Below, in pieces: positions 39,475 through 49,361 of a stretch of 64,000 nucleotides of DNA. The notes below the pieces were generated by a model, which saw nothing but the letters and a program-made list of their open reading frames with translations, was not told where the DNA came from and ran no database searches. Location: positions 16,866-80,865 of the forward strand of contig JBGPOV010000004.1 in assembly GCA_041488255.1 (NCBI GenBank), written 5' to 3'. A program made the translations under genes and the position numbers. This DNA comes from Gammaproteobacteria bacterium (GTDB taxonomy: Bacteria > Pseudomonadota > Gammaproteobacteria > Burkholderiales > SHXO01). Each line of letters opens with the position of its first letter. Position 1 is the stretch's first letter.

Positions 39475-39829
39475 TCAGCGCCTCGGCAATTCGATCGGCT
39501 TGCCGTGCGGCGTCGCGCGCGCGGCCCGATCCCACTCGTCCTGGCGCCAGAAGCTCGCTGAAGCCCGTCAGCCCCTTGTCCGCCACGAGCTTCTCGAGTG
39601 CAGCGAGCCAGTGCTCGTAGTAGCGGCTGCCGTCATCGGGCTCGCCGCGCTCACGTGCGGCGGCGATCTCGGCGCCGAGACGCCCCGCCCACTCGCTCCA
39701 GCTGAAGCAGCCGCGCTCGTAGAGCACCAACACGAGTCCGAAAGCTTGTGCCTCCCAGGGCGCCTTGAACACGGGGCCGCTGCGATCGCGCGGGATGCCA
39801 GGTGGTGCCGAGAGATCACCGGAAGTCAT
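39475..39829 (-). pseudogene. Nitrile hydratase accessory protein (P14K/NhhG-like) with a frameshift near 39544
   Basis: PVFKAPWEAQAF...WSEW...YYEHWLAALE in one frame; the expected tail QDEWDRAARATPHGKPIEL appears in a shifted frame. Confidence 0.7.
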
Positions 39830-40491
39830 GCCGTCTCGAGGTGGCTGTCCCACAGATCGACGTAGACCGCCGCCTTCGGCTCGGCGTTCGGGCCCCACAG
39901 CTCTTGCGCCTCGAAGCGGACGCTGTACAAGTGCTGGGGCTGATGACCCAGCCCCGCTGCATTCGCATCCGGGAAGATGAAAACACCGTGGCCGCGCTCG
40001 ACCACGCCGAGGTGCTGGCGCGCATAGCGAGGCAGCCGGGTATGCCCGGTCGGATGGATGTTACGCGCGCTGACCGCATCCCCCGCACTAAAGCGCGGTG
40101 CAATATCCGCCTCCACGCGGTAGCTTCCGCCAGTCCGTAGCCGCCGTTCCACAGCCTCAGGTCTGAGGACCCGCTGGCGCAGCTCGTCTGGCGCAGGCCC
40201 TTTGGCGCGGCCCTCGGTCAGCTCCCAAGACGTCACCACGCCGTTTTCCGCGAGCAGCGTTTCCAGCCCCCACAGCCAGCGCTCGTAGTAGCTCGCGGCC
40301 AAATACTCGGCAGCCGGCATGCGCTCGTTAGCGTGCCGCGCCATGTCGATGTTCCATCTTGCGAGCGCGCCGCAGCCCTGACGCAGGGCGTACACCCGAC
40401 CTTCCCACGGATGACGGAATACAGGCTCTTGTTCCTCGCGCTCGATGGGCCCCAGGCCGTGCATCCCACCCATGTCGTGCACACCGTTCAT
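39826..40491 (-). CDS. nthB: Nitrile hydratase beta subunit
   Basis: [30 protein letters not shown] and DLWDSHL motifs. Confidence 0.95.
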   Translation of the reverse strand: MNGVHDMGGMHGLGPIEREEQEPVFRHPWEGRVYALRQGCGALARWNIDMARHANERMPAAEYLAASYYERWLWGLETLLAENGVVTSWELTEGRAKGPAPDELRQRVLRPEAVERRLRTGGSYRVEADIAPRFSAGDAVSARNIHPTGHTRLPRYARQHLGVVERGHGVFIFPDANAAGLGHQPQHLYSVRFEAQELWGPNAEPKAAVYVDLWDSHLETA

Positions 40492-41108
40492 CGCGCGCTC
40501 CTCGGCGGCAACACCTGCGCCACACCAATCATCGCGTCCCGCGTGACCAGCGCCACGAGCTGCTCTTCGGTCATGCTCTCGGTTCCAGGAGGACGCTGAG
40601 GAAGCACCAAATACCGCACCTCGGAGGTGCTATCCCACACGCGCACTTCCGCGTCCGTTGGCAGCTCCAGGCCAAGCTCGCGCAGTACGCCTCGCGGCTC
40701 GATGACCACCCGTGAGCGGTAGGCGCTGGACTTGTACCATACCGGCGGCAGCCCGAGGACCGGCCACGGGTAACACGAGCACAGCGTGCAGACCACGACG
40801 TTATGAACACGTGGGGTGTTCTCCACCACCACCATCGTCTCGCCCTGCGCCCCCGTAAAGCCCAGCTCGGCAATTGCAGCCGTACCGTTCTCGAGCAGGC
40901 GCTTCTTGTACGCCGGATCGACCCAGGCGCGTGCAACCACCTTGGCGCCGTTGCGCGGCCCGATCTTGCTCTCGTAGGCCTCGATCAGCTGGTTCAGCGC
41001 CTCAGGGTCTACCAGGCCCTTCTCGACCAACAGCGACTCCAGCGCTTTGACGCGCAGCTCAACGTCGGAGAACCGCGAACCGTGCTCGTGATCGTGCGAT
41101 GGAGGCAT
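40488..41108 (-). CDS. nthA: Nitrile hydratase alpha subunit, cobalt type
   Basis: [10 protein letters not shown] is the Co-type signature; also GAKVVARAW and WYKS..YRSR. Confidence 0.96.
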   Translation of the reverse strand: MPPSHDHEHGSRFSDVELRVKALESLLVEKGLVDPEALNQLIEAYESKIGPRNGAKVVARAWVDPAYKKRLLENGTAAIAELGFTGAQGETMVVVENTPRVHNVVVCTLCSCYPWPVLGLPPVWYKSSAYRSRVVIEPRGVLRELGLELPTDAEVRVWDSTSEVRYLVLPQRPPGTESMTEEQLVALVTRDAMIGVAQVLPPRSAR

Positions 41109-41237
41109 GATCGCTCCAGGAATGCGGCCGGCACGCCGTCCCTGTATGGTGCTGAAGAGGTGATCCGGCCGTCTGAGTCGAGTATAGCAGCCCACGCCCG
41201 CGCGCTGAGCACGCTGGCCATGCCTGGCGGCTGGCCT

Positions 41238-42284
41238 CTACTCGGCGTCAGCGCCCGGTAGAGGCGCCAGGCGCTCCCGCTCCAGCGCGATCTCGCGCGC
41301 CAGCTCGACTATCGCCATCGCGTAGTTACGGCTGCGGTTGTACTGCAGCAGGGCATAGAAGTTGTCGAACCCGAACCAGAACTCGGCGCCGCCCGCCAAG
41401 TCGATGGAGAACAGGCAGGCCAACAACACGTCGGGCAATTCCTGGGTGCTGTCTACTCCCCGCAGCTTCCATTGATCGAGCGTGAGCGAGGGCTTCAGCC
41501 CCAAGTCCAGCAGCGCCCGCCAGTCGGGCGTGTCAACTCGCGCTGGCGCGACGACTGGCTCGCCGTCCTTCCAGCCGAATTCTCTGAGATAACTCGCCAC
41601 GCTGCCGATCACGTCGGCCGGATTGCGCCACAGATCGATACGCCCGTCCTTGTCGTAGTCGATCGCATAGCGGCGGTAGCTCCCGGGCATGAACTGGGGC
41701 ATGCCCATGGCGCCGGCAAAGGATCCCTTGATCGTCAGCGGGTCCCAGCTCTGCTCGCGCGCGAGCAGGAGGAACTGTTCCAGCTCGCGGCGGAAAAAAT
41801 CGCGGCGTGGCGGCCAATCGAATGCCAACGTACTGAGCGTGTCCATGACCCGGAATCCGCCGCTGTTGCGGCCGTAGCGCGTCTCGACTCCGATCAGAGC
41901 TACCACGATCGCTTCGGGCACCCCGAACTCGCTGCGCGCCTGGGTCAAGACCTCGGCGTTGTCATTCCAGAATTTGACGCCTGCGCCGATGCGAGCCTGA
42001 TCCACGAACAGCGGCTTGAACTCGTGCCAGGGCTTGGCCGTGGACGGCGCGCTCATCGCCCGGGTTACGTCCTGGCTGGGTTGTACCTTGGCGAACAGCG
42101 CGCGCAAGTCGCGCACGTTGAAGCCATGCGTTTCGGCCATGTACGCGATGAACTTTTCGATCTCGGGCCGAAGCTTGCCGCCGGCCTCGGCCGCGATCTG
42201 CGCGTCGCAGTCGACCACGCAGCCCAGGGCCAGACCAAGACAAGCCACCAACCTAGAGACCGCTCTCATCGGCCGCGGCATCAC
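41238..42284 (-). CDS. mltB: Lytic murein transglycosylase B
   Basis: IGVETRYG (catalytic Glu), GSFAGAMGMPQFMP, EF-hand DYDKDGRIDL, and YNRS..YA. Confidence 0.92.
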   Translation of the reverse strand: MMPRPMRAVSRLVACLGLALGCVVDCDAQIAAEAGGKLRPEIEKFIAYMAETHGFNVRDLRALFAKVQPSQDVTRAMSAPSTAKPWHEFKPLFVDQARIGAGVKFWNDNAEVLTQARSEFGVPEAIVVALIGVETRYGRNSGGFRVMDTLSTLAFDWPPRRDFFRRELEQFLLLAREQSWDPLTIKGSFAGAMGMPQFMPGSYRRYAIDYDKDGRIDLWRNPADVIGSVASYLREFGWKDGEPVVAPARVDTPDWRALLDLGLKPSLTLDQWKLRGVDSTQELPDVLLACLFSIDLAGGAEFWFGFDNFYALLQYNRSRNYAMAIVELAREIALERERLAPLPGADAE

Positions 42285-43507
42285 CGGATCGGGCTGTCGA
42301 TGGTCACCAGCACGCCGCTGGCGCCCGGCTCGACCGCCGGGCTCTGCCCTTCCAGGTCGCCCGCCCTTGGCGTCGCGCTGCCGGACTTGGAGATGCGGGC
42401 GCTGACCACCACGCGTGGAAAGGACGACAGCTCGAGGCCCGGCGTCATCGCCATGCTGTCATCGAGCTTGAAGCTGAGCGGCAGGTCCTTCACCTGCTTC
42501 TTGAGAACTGCAAGCGGCACCTTCGGCCCTTCGGCCGCGCGCGCAAAGATGAAGACCGTGTCCTCGGGCGAGGCCCGCGCCGTAAACGAAGGCGACAGGC
42601 GCACCGTTCCGCTTACCGTTTTGGACGCGTTGGAAGGCCGTTGTGGCGAGCCCTCCCCCACCGCCTTGCCTGCCGCGCGCGCCTTGGCTTCGGCGATTGC
42701 AGAAGACAGCGCGCGGCCCAACTCCGAATCCGCCGGGAGCTTCGCGACTAGCCGCTGCCAGTGACGAACAGCGGTCGCATAGTCGTTGCGCGCGAAGGCC
42801 GCCGCGCCCGCCAGGCTCAGCGCTTTCTCGTTGTCTGGCGCGATCTGAAGCGAGCGCTCCAGCAACCGGATGGGTTCACCCTGGAGGTTGCGGCCGTTAT
42901 TCAGCGCCAGGGCCTCGGCGTACTCCACCAGGATCTCCGGGTTGCGCGGTTCAAGTTTCTCGGCTCGTTGCAGCGCTTTCACCGCGTCGGGATAGCGTTC
43001 CAGCGCCTTGTAGGCGCGGCCGAGCATCATCCAGCCCACTGCATCGTCCGGTTTCTGCTCCATGCGTGCGGCCAGTTTCTCGGTCATGTCCTTGAACTGG
43101 TCGACTGTGATGGACGAAGCATCCACCGTAGTGTGCTTGGGCGCCGTCAGACCTTGCGGGTTGCCGAGATACAGGTACAACAGCCCGGCGCAGAAAGGCA
43201 CGGCGATGGCAACGACCAATGCTGTCAGTCGCGCAGAATGCGACGGCTCTGTCTTCGGCGGCGCGGTGCTCTCCACGTCGTTCAGCAGGCGCTGCTCCAG
43301 CTCGGTGCGGGTCTGGGCGTACTGCTCCGAGGTCAGTGTGCCGCTTTCGAGGTCGCGCTCCAGCTCGCTGAACTGGTCCCGATAGACCGAGACGTTGGCC
43401 TCCCGCCGCGACTCGACAGCTCTGCGTCCGGGCCTCAGTAGTGGCAGCGCTAGAAACAGAACAGCGGCGCCTGTCAGTGCTATTGCGACGAGGATGAACC
43501 AGGCCAT
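42281..43507 (-). CDS. ccmI: Cytochrome c biogenesis protein CcmI/CycH
   Basis: N-terminal TM, YRDQFSELERD, LYLYLGNP, TPR repeats, and the C-terminal CcmI domain. Confidence 0.9.
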   Translation of the reverse strand: MAWFILVAIALTGAAVLFLALPLLRPGRRAVESRREANVSVYRDQFSELERDLESGTLTSEQYAQTRTELEQRLLNDVESTAPPKTEPSHSARLTALVVAIAVPFCAGLLYLYLGNPQGLTAPKHTTVDASSITVDQFKDMTEKLAARMEQKPDDAVGWMMLGRAYKALERYPDAVKALQRAEKLEPRNPEILVEYAEALALNNGRNLQGEPIRLLERSLQIAPDNEKALSLAGAAAFARNDYATAVRHWQRLVAKLPADSELGRALSSAIAEAKARAAGKAVGEGSPQRPSNASKTVSGTVRLSPSFTARASPEDTVFIFARAAEGPKVPLAVLKKQVKDLPLSFKLDDSMAMTPGLELSSFPRVVVSARISKSGSATPRAGDLEGQSPAVEPGASGVLVTIDSPIR

Positions 43508-43579
43508 GGTCGGCCTACGCGGGGAAGCACGTCGGTCAAAAAGGCGGGAATTATAACGCAGTGAAGCGCGCCGCCCGCG

Positions 43580-44074
43580 TCAGCGGCGGGCAGCCGCGTC
43601 CGGGTTCGCAGAGCCGCCTCGCTCGGCTTCTTGCAGCAGCGAGCGCGCCCGGGCGTGGTCCTCCGGTGTCAGACCAGGCAGGCCCAGGCGCGCGCGTCGG
43701 CGACGCAGGTAGAACAGCAGGCCGCCCAGTCCGGCCAGCAGCAGCGCGAAGGGGCCGAACCACAGCACCGCGGTAGTCGCCTTGACCGGCGTGCGGTAGA
43801 GCACGAAATCCCCGTAGCGTTGCGTGAGCCAGGCCTTGATCTGCTCGTCGCTTCGGCCCGCCTTCATCTGCTCGCGGATCTGGTTGCGCAGATCGGCGGC
43901 CAGGTCGGCGTGAGAGTCCGCGAGGGACTCGTTCTGGCATACCAGGCAGCGGAGCTCCTTGGCGAGGCGCATGAGGCGCTGTTCGAGCACCGGGTCGTCC
44001 CGCGCCGGGGCCGCTTCCTTGGCCACCACCAGCGCGGGCAGCAGGCAGAGCAGACCGGCGAGCACCCACCGCAT
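43580..44074 (-). CDS. ccmH: Cytochrome c biogenesis protein CcmH
   Basis: LRCLVCQNESLADS and RYGDFVLY motifs. Confidence 0.92.
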   Translation of the reverse strand: MRWVLAGLLCLLPALVVAKEAAPARDDPVLEQRLMRLAKELRCLVCQNESLADSHADLAADLRNQIREQMKAGRSDEQIKAWLTQRYGDFVLYRTPVKATTAVLWFGPFALLLAGLGGLLFYLRRRRARLGLPGLTPEDHARARSLLQEAERGGSANPDAAARR

Positions 44075-44607
44075 CACGACGCCTGCAGCTGCTTGACCAG
44101 CGGGAGGATGCGCTCGTTCAGCACCTTCGGCGTCACCGGGCCGATCTGTTTGTAGCGGATGACGCCGGTCTTGTCGATGACATAGGTCTCCGGCACCCCG
44201 TACACGCCGTAGTCGATCCCAACCTTGCCATCCGGATCGACGATGGAGAGCGTGTACGGATCGCCATTCCCGGCGAGCCACTTCTGCGCCGCTGCACGAT
44301 GGTCCTTGTAGTTCAGCCCATACAGGGGCACGACGCCTTGCTTGGACAGCTGTACCAGCACCGGATGCTCCTCCATGCACGACACGCACCAGGAGGCCCA
44401 CACGTTTAGCAGCCACACCTGTCCGTGCAGATCCTTCTCGGCGAGAGTCTTGGCCGGATCGTCGAGGCGAGCGAGCTGGAAGGCCGGTGCCGGTTTGCCG
44501 ACCAGCGGCGATGGCACCTCGCGCGGGTTGAGCGAGAGCCCGACCCACAGGAACATCAGCAGGACGACGAAAAACAGCAGGGGGAGTAGAAAGCGCAGGC
44601 TCTTCAT
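44074..44607 (-). CDS. ccmG: Thiol:disulfide oxidoreductase CcmG/DsbE
   Basis: WASWCVSC and GVYGVPET motifs. Confidence 0.93.
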   Translation of the reverse strand: MKSLRFLLPLLFFVVLLMFLWVGLSLNPREVPSPLVGKPAPAFQLARLDDPAKTLAEKDLHGQVWLLNVWASWCVSCMEEHPVLVQLSKQGVVPLYGLNYKDHRAAAQKWLAGNGDPYTLSIVDPDGKVGIDYGVYGVPETYVIDKTGVIRYKQIGPVTPKVLNERILPLVKQLQAS

Positions 44608-46604
44608 CCAGTACCCTGGGCACCCGCCGCCGCGGAATCCGCTACCAGCGAGCGATCCTCGCGACGCGCCAAGCGGTAGCGGCGGTCGGTGACGGCGATC
44701 ACCCCGCCCAGCGCCATGAGGAAGGCCCCGCCCCAGATCCAATCGACGAACGGCTTGTGATACACACGCACGACCCACGCGCCGTCAGGGAGCGCTTCGC
44801 CCAAGGAGACGTACAGGTCGCGCGTGAGGCTGGTGTCGATGGCCGCGTAGGTCATGGGCATCTCTTGCACCGTGAAGAAGCGCTTTTCCGGGTACAGCGT
44901 AGTCACGGGGCGCTCGTTTTTCGTCACGCTGACAATGCCGCGCGTGGCTTCATAGTTGGGCCCCTGCACTTGCTTGAGTCCCTCGAGGCGAAACTGGTAG
45001 CCACCCGCTGTGACTGTGTCACCCGGATCCATGCGCACATCCTTCTCCACCTCGTAGCCGCGCACTAGCGTCACGCCGACGATGAACACGCCCACCCCGA
45101 AGTGGGCCACCAGCATGCCCCAGTAGCCGCGTGGCAGCCGGCGCAGCACCGTGCCGGGACTGGCCCCAGTCGAGGCGCGCAGGTGGGCCACGCGATCCTT
45201 GAGGTTCACAAAGCCGGCAGCCACCACCCAGATGGCCAGCAGGATGCCGAGCGCCACCAGGACCGACCAGCGGCCCATCAGCACGGGCACGAGCACGGCG
45301 CTCACCATGGCCAGGCCGAATGCCCACCTGAGCAGCAACGTCAAATCGGGCAGCTTGCCCTCCTTCCAGCGCATCAGGGGCCCGATGCCCATCAGCAAGA
45401 CCGCAGGCGCCATCACCACCGGGAAACCGATCTCGAACCACGGAAGCCCGACGGAGAGCTTCCCGTAGCCGAGCACCTCATGGAACAGCGGGAAGAGTGT
45501 GCCGAGCAGCACGACTCCGGCCGCAACCACCAGCAGCACGTTGTTGACCAGCAGCGCCGTCTCCCGAGACACCAGGGCGAACGCGCCGCCCAACCCCACC
45601 TTGGGCGCGCGCCAGGCGAACAGCGCCAGCGAGGCGCCGATGACGACCGCCAGAAAAGCCAGGATGAAGATCCCGCGCCTGGGGTCGGTCGCGAACGCGT
45701 GCACCGAGGTGAGCACGCCCGAACGCACGAGGAACGTGCCCAGGAGGCTGAGCGAGAAAGCGAGGATGGCCAGCAGCGCGGTCCAGATCTTGAAGCCGCC
45801 GCGCTTTTCGGTAACGGCGAGCGAGTGGATCAGCGCAGTGCCCACCAGCCAGGGCATGAAGGAAGCGTTCTCCACCGGATCCCAGAACCACCAGCCGCCC
45901 CAGCCGAGCACGTAGTAGGCCCAGCCGCTGCCCAGCGCGATGCCCACGGTGAGAAAAGCCCAGGCCATCGTAGTCCAAGGGCGTGACCACCGCGCCCAGG
46001 CGGCGTCCAGTTGCCCGCCGATGAGGGCGGCAATGGCGAACGCGAATGCCACCGAGAAGCCCACGTATCCCATGTACAGCATGGGCGGATGGATGACCAT
46101 GCCGGGATCCTGGAGCAAGGGGTTCAAGTCGCGCCCATCCACAGCCGGCGGCAACAGGCGCTCGAAGGGATTCGAAGTGAACAGCAGGAACAGCAGGAAG
46201 CCGATGCTGATTATGGCCATCACCGACAGGATCCGCGCCACCATCGCGCCGGGCAGATGGCGGCTGAACACGCTCACCGCCGTCATCCACACGTTGAGCA
46301 TGAGGACCCAGAGCAGCAGCGAGCCCTCGTGGCTGCCCCAGGTGGCGGCAAAGCGGTAGCGCAGTGGCAGGTGGGAGTTGGAATTGGCTGCGACGTTGAG
46401 CACCGAGAAGTCGTTGCTGACGAAGGCCCAGGCCAGACATCCGAAGGCGATCGCGACGAACACCAACTGGCCCTGGGCCGCCGGCTGCGCCAGCGCCATC
46501 CAAGTAGCATCGCCACGCTGCGCGCCGAGCAGCGGCACCGATGCCTGGACGCAGGCGATGCACAGAGCCACGATCAGCGCGAAATGCCCGAGTTCCGGAA
46601 TCAT
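44604..46604 (-). CDS. ccmF: Heme lyase CcmF
   Basis: MIPELGH, WGGWWFWDPVEN and SVHAF motifs. Confidence 0.96.
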   Translation of the reverse strand: MIPELGHFALIVALCIACVQASVPLLGAQRGDATWMALAQPAAQGQLVFVAIAFGCLAWAFVSNDFSVLNVAANSNSHLPLRYRFAATWGSHEGSLLLWVLMLNVWMTAVSVFSRHLPGAMVARILSVMAIISIGFLLFLLFTSNPFERLLPPAVDGRDLNPLLQDPGMVIHPPMLYMGYVGFSVAFAFAIAALIGGQLDAAWARWSRPWTTMAWAFLTVGIALGSGWAYYVLGWGGWWFWDPVENASFMPWLVGTALIHSLAVTEKRGGFKIWTALLAILAFSLSLLGTFLVRSGVLTSVHAFATDPRRGIFILAFLAVVIGASLALFAWRAPKVGLGGAFALVSRETALLVNNVLLVVAAGVVLLGTLFPLFHEVLGYGKLSVGLPWFEIGFPVVMAPAVLLMGIGPLMRWKEGKLPDLTLLLRWAFGLAMVSAVLVPVLMGRWSVLVALGILLAIWVVAAGFVNLKDRVAHLRASTGASPGTVLRRLPRGYWGMLVAHFGVGVFIVGVTLVRGYEVEKDVRMDPGDTVTAGGYQFRLEGLKQVQGPNYEATRGIVSVTKNERPVTTLYPEKRFFTVQEMPMTYAAIDTSLTRDLYVSLGEALPDGAWVVRVYHKPFVDWIWGGAFLMALGGVIAVTDRRYRLARREDRSLVADSAAAGAQGTG

Positions 46605-46611
46605 CCGTGGT

Positions 46612-47082
46612 TCACCTCTTGTGCGGGTCGATCAGCGTCTTCTGCGACGTCGCCGCAGCGCGCTTCGCCTTCTCCACCGCGTCCGCAGCCTCCGGTGGCA
46701 TGTAGTTCGCATCGTGCTTGGCCAGCACATCGTTGGCGCGAAACACCCCGTCGGGGCCGAGCTGACCCTGCGCCACCACGCCTCTTCCTTCCTTGAATAG
46801 GTCGGGAAGGATGCCGGTGTAGACCACCGCAATCTCGTGCGCGGTGTCGGTGACGACGAACCGCACGCTAACACCGTCCGTCTGGCGCTGCACGCTACCC
46901 GGTTGCACCAACCCGCCAATGCGAAAACTGCGCCCCTGCGGCGCCTCATGGGCTGCCACCTGGGACGGGCTGAAAAAGAACACCAGATTGCTCTGGAAGG
47001 CGTTGAGGATCAAGGCTGCGGCACCGCCCAGCGCCGCTAGGGTGGCGGCGATCAGCGCCAGTCGCTTGTGTCTCGCTTTCAT
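46612..47082 (-). CDS. ccmE: Heme chaperone CcmE
   Basis: LPDLFKEG and the heme-binding motif [12 protein letters not shown]. Confidence 0.95.
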   Translation of the reverse strand: MKARHKRLALIAATLAALGGAAALILNAFQSNLVFFFSPSQVAAHEAPQGRSFRIGGLVQPGSVQRQTDGVSVRFVVTDTAHEIAVVYTGILPDLFKEGRGVVAQGQLGPDGVFRANDVLAKHDANYMPPEAADAVEKAKRAAATSQKTLIDPHKR

Positions 47083-47273
47083 GGATGCCGGGAAGCGTTG
47101 CCCGGGCCACGATCCCCACTTCTACGACCGAGAGCGCGGGCCAGAGTTCGGTGCCGCCGGCGCAGAAGCCAGAGTTCAGTCACGATACACGCCGCCGCGA
47201 CCGCGTAGGACCCCCAAACGTACGTCGCGTAGCCGCCCATGGCGAAAAAGGCCGCCGGGCTGCCCCAGCTCAT
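47079..47273 (-). CDS. ccmD: Heme exporter protein CcmD
   Basis: [15 protein letters not shown] followed by a basic tail; lies between ccmC and ccmE. Confidence 0.85.
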   Translation of the reverse strand: MSWGSPAAFFAMGGYATYVWGSYAVAAACIVTELWLLRRRHRTLARALGRRSGDRGPGNASRHP

Positions 47274-48007
47274 GCGGCCTCCGTACGCTCGCGCACCCAG
47301 TCGGCGTCCGACTCGCGCTCCAGGATGATGCTGCGCACACGAAACAGGCTGGCACCGATGGCATACATCCACGCCGCCAGCGACATGATCAGCATGCCGA
47401 CGAGCATGGTGGCCGCCATGCTAGGCGCGCGCGTCAGGTTCACGGAGGCGCCTTGGTGCAGCGTGTTCCACCACTGCACGGAAAAGTAGATGATGGGCAC
47501 GTTGATCACCCCCACCACCGCCAGCAACCCCGCGGCGCGATCGGCGCGGCGCACGTCGTCGATGGCCGCATGCAGCGAAAGGAACCCGATGTACAGGAAC
47601 AGCAGGATCAACTCGGAGGTGAGCCGCGCGTCCCACACCCACCAGGTACCCCAGGTGGGCTTGCCCCACAGCGCTCCGGTCCACAGCGCTACGAAGGTGA
47701 ACATCGCGCCGGTGGGCGCCAGGGCCAGCGCCATCATGAACGACAGGCGCGTGTTCAGAACCATTCCCACCGCGCACCAGAACGCCATCACGACGTAGAT
47801 GAACATGGACATCCAGGCCGAGGGCACGTGGACGAAGATGATCCGGTACGACTCGCCCTGCTGGAAGTCGGTGGGGGCGACAAAGAAACCGATGTACAGG
47901 CCGCCCGCAGTCAGCACCGCCGCCAGGGCGAAGAACCATGGCATGAGGTTGCCGGCCAATCGGTAGAAGGTCTGCGGCGAGGCGTATCTCCAGATGTTGA
48001 GGCTCAC
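47270..48007 (-). CDS. ccmC: Heme exporter CcmC
   Basis: HVPSAW, WGTWWVWDARLT and WWNTLHQ motifs. Confidence 0.95.
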   Translation of the reverse strand: MSLNIWRYASPQTFYRLAGNLMPWFFALAAVLTAGGLYIGFFVAPTDFQQGESYRIIFVHVPSAWMSMFIYVVMAFWCAVGMVLNTRLSFMMALALAPTGAMFTFVALWTGALWGKPTWGTWWVWDARLTSELILLFLYIGFLSLHAAIDDVRRADRAAGLLAVVGVINVPIIYFSVQWWNTLHQGASVNLTRAPSMAATMLVGMLIMSLAAWMYAIGASLFRVRSIILERESDADWVRERTEAA

Positions 48008-48016
48008 GCCCGTGTC

Positions 48017-48700
48017 CTATTCGAGTGCGATGCGCACTGCCGCTGCCGAGGCCAGCGGGCCGAGCACGACCGCGATAAGCAGCAACGCGCCCAGCAGAGA
48101 CAAGTGTCCACCCGCCGCCATCCCGTTCGCACTGGCCGACACTGCACCGGCGCCGAAGATAAGCACCGGGATATACAACGGCAGCACCAGCAGCGCAAGC
48201 AGCCCGCCGGCGCCGCGCACGCCCAGCGTCAGCGCCGCGCCGATCGCGCCGATCAAGCTCAGGCACGGTGTGCCCAGCAGCAAGGCTAGCAGCATGACGC
48301 CGAGCGCGCCGCAGGGCAGGTCGAATTGCAGGCCGAGCAGGGGCGCGATCAGCACCAGCGGCAGCCCGGTGACGAGCCAGTGCGCCAGCACCTTGGCCGC
48401 TATCAGCAGCACCAGTGGCTGCGGGCTCAACGCCAGCTGCTCCAGCGTGCCATCGTCGAAGTCCGAGGCGAACAGGCGCACCAACGCCAGCATCGACGTG
48501 AGCAACGCGGCCACCCACACCACCCCCGGTGCGATGACGCGCAGGGTGCTGGCCTCCGGACTCACGCCCAAGGGGAACAGACTGACCACGATGACGAAAA
48601 AGAAGAAAGTGGTGAGCACATCGGAGCGCCGCCGCAGCGCCAGCGCGAGATCGCGCCGAACTACCACCGCGCACACCGGCGCCAGACCCAGCGCCCTCAT
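48017..48700 (-). CDS. ccmB: Heme exporter permease CcmB
   Basis: FASDFDDGTLEQL and LPLYIPVLIFG motifs. Confidence 0.92.
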   Translation of the reverse strand: MRALGLAPVCAVVVRRDLALALRRRSDVLTTFFFFVIVVSLFPLGVSPEASTLRVIAPGVVWVAALLTSMLALVRLFASDFDDGTLEQLALSPQPLVLLIAAKVLAHWLVTGLPLVLIAPLLGLQFDLPCGALGVMLLALLLGTPCLSLIGAIGAALTLGVRGAGGLLALLVLPLYIPVLIFGAGAVSASANGMAAGGHLSLLGALLLIAVVLGPLASAAAVRIALE

Positions 48701-49317
48701 TGCGCCAGCTGCAGCCGCTGCACCGGAAGCCCGGCGAAGCCGACCTCGTGGTGGCTGGTGAAGACGACGCTGCCACCGCGCTTCACATGCCGTGTCAGAT
48801 GGGACTGCACCAGTTCTACCGCCTGCGCGTCCAGCGCCGTGAACGGCTCGTCCAGGATCCACAGCGCCTTGGCTGCGCTCAGCGACAGGCGCGCCAGCCC
48901 GACACGCCGCCGCTGGCCCAGGGACAGCGAGCGCGCGAGCAACCCTTCCCGGCCCGCGAGGCCGAACCCGCTCAGCGCCGCATGCGCTTCCTGCGGCGTG
49001 ACGCCGACGCCGGCTTGGGCGAGCCCGAAGCGGACGTTCTCCAGACCGGAGAGATCCTCTTTCACGGCCGGTGCGTGCCCGAGGTAGAGCAGGTCGGCGT
49101 GGAAGCTGTCCGCCAAACCGCGCACGTCCTCACCCTTCCAGCATACCTTGCCGGCTTCCGGCCTCAGCAACCCACACAGCACACGCAACAGGCTGGTTTT
49201 GCCGCTGCCGTTGGGGCCGAGCACCCACAGCATGTGGCCGGGCGGCAGGTCGAAGGAAAGGCGGTGAAACAGGCGGCGCTGGCCACGCACGCATTCCAGA
49301 TCCACCGCCTCGAGCAT
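48697..49317 (-). CDS. ccmA: Heme ABC exporter ATPase CcmA
   Basis: GPNGSGKTSLLR, LSLGQRRR and WILDEPFTALD motifs. Confidence 0.93.
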   Translation of the reverse strand: MLEAVDLECVRGQRRLFHRLSFDLPPGHMLWVLGPNGSGKTSLLRVLCGLLRPEAGKVCWKGEDVRGLADSFHADLLYLGHAPAVKEDLSGLENVRFGLAQAGVGVTPQEAHAALSGFGLAGREGLLARSLSLGQRRRVGLARLSLSAAKALWILDEPFTALDAQAVELVQSHLTRHVKRGGSVVFTSHHEVGFAGLPVQRLQLAQ

Positions 49318-49361
49318 CGCGCCTCGCAAAAAAGTGCGCAATTATACCGGAGGCAGCCGGC

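Noticed and set aside
42281-49317. The ccm operon as a novel system
   Set aside because: It is a canonical System I cytochrome c maturation operon in standard order with intact motifs.
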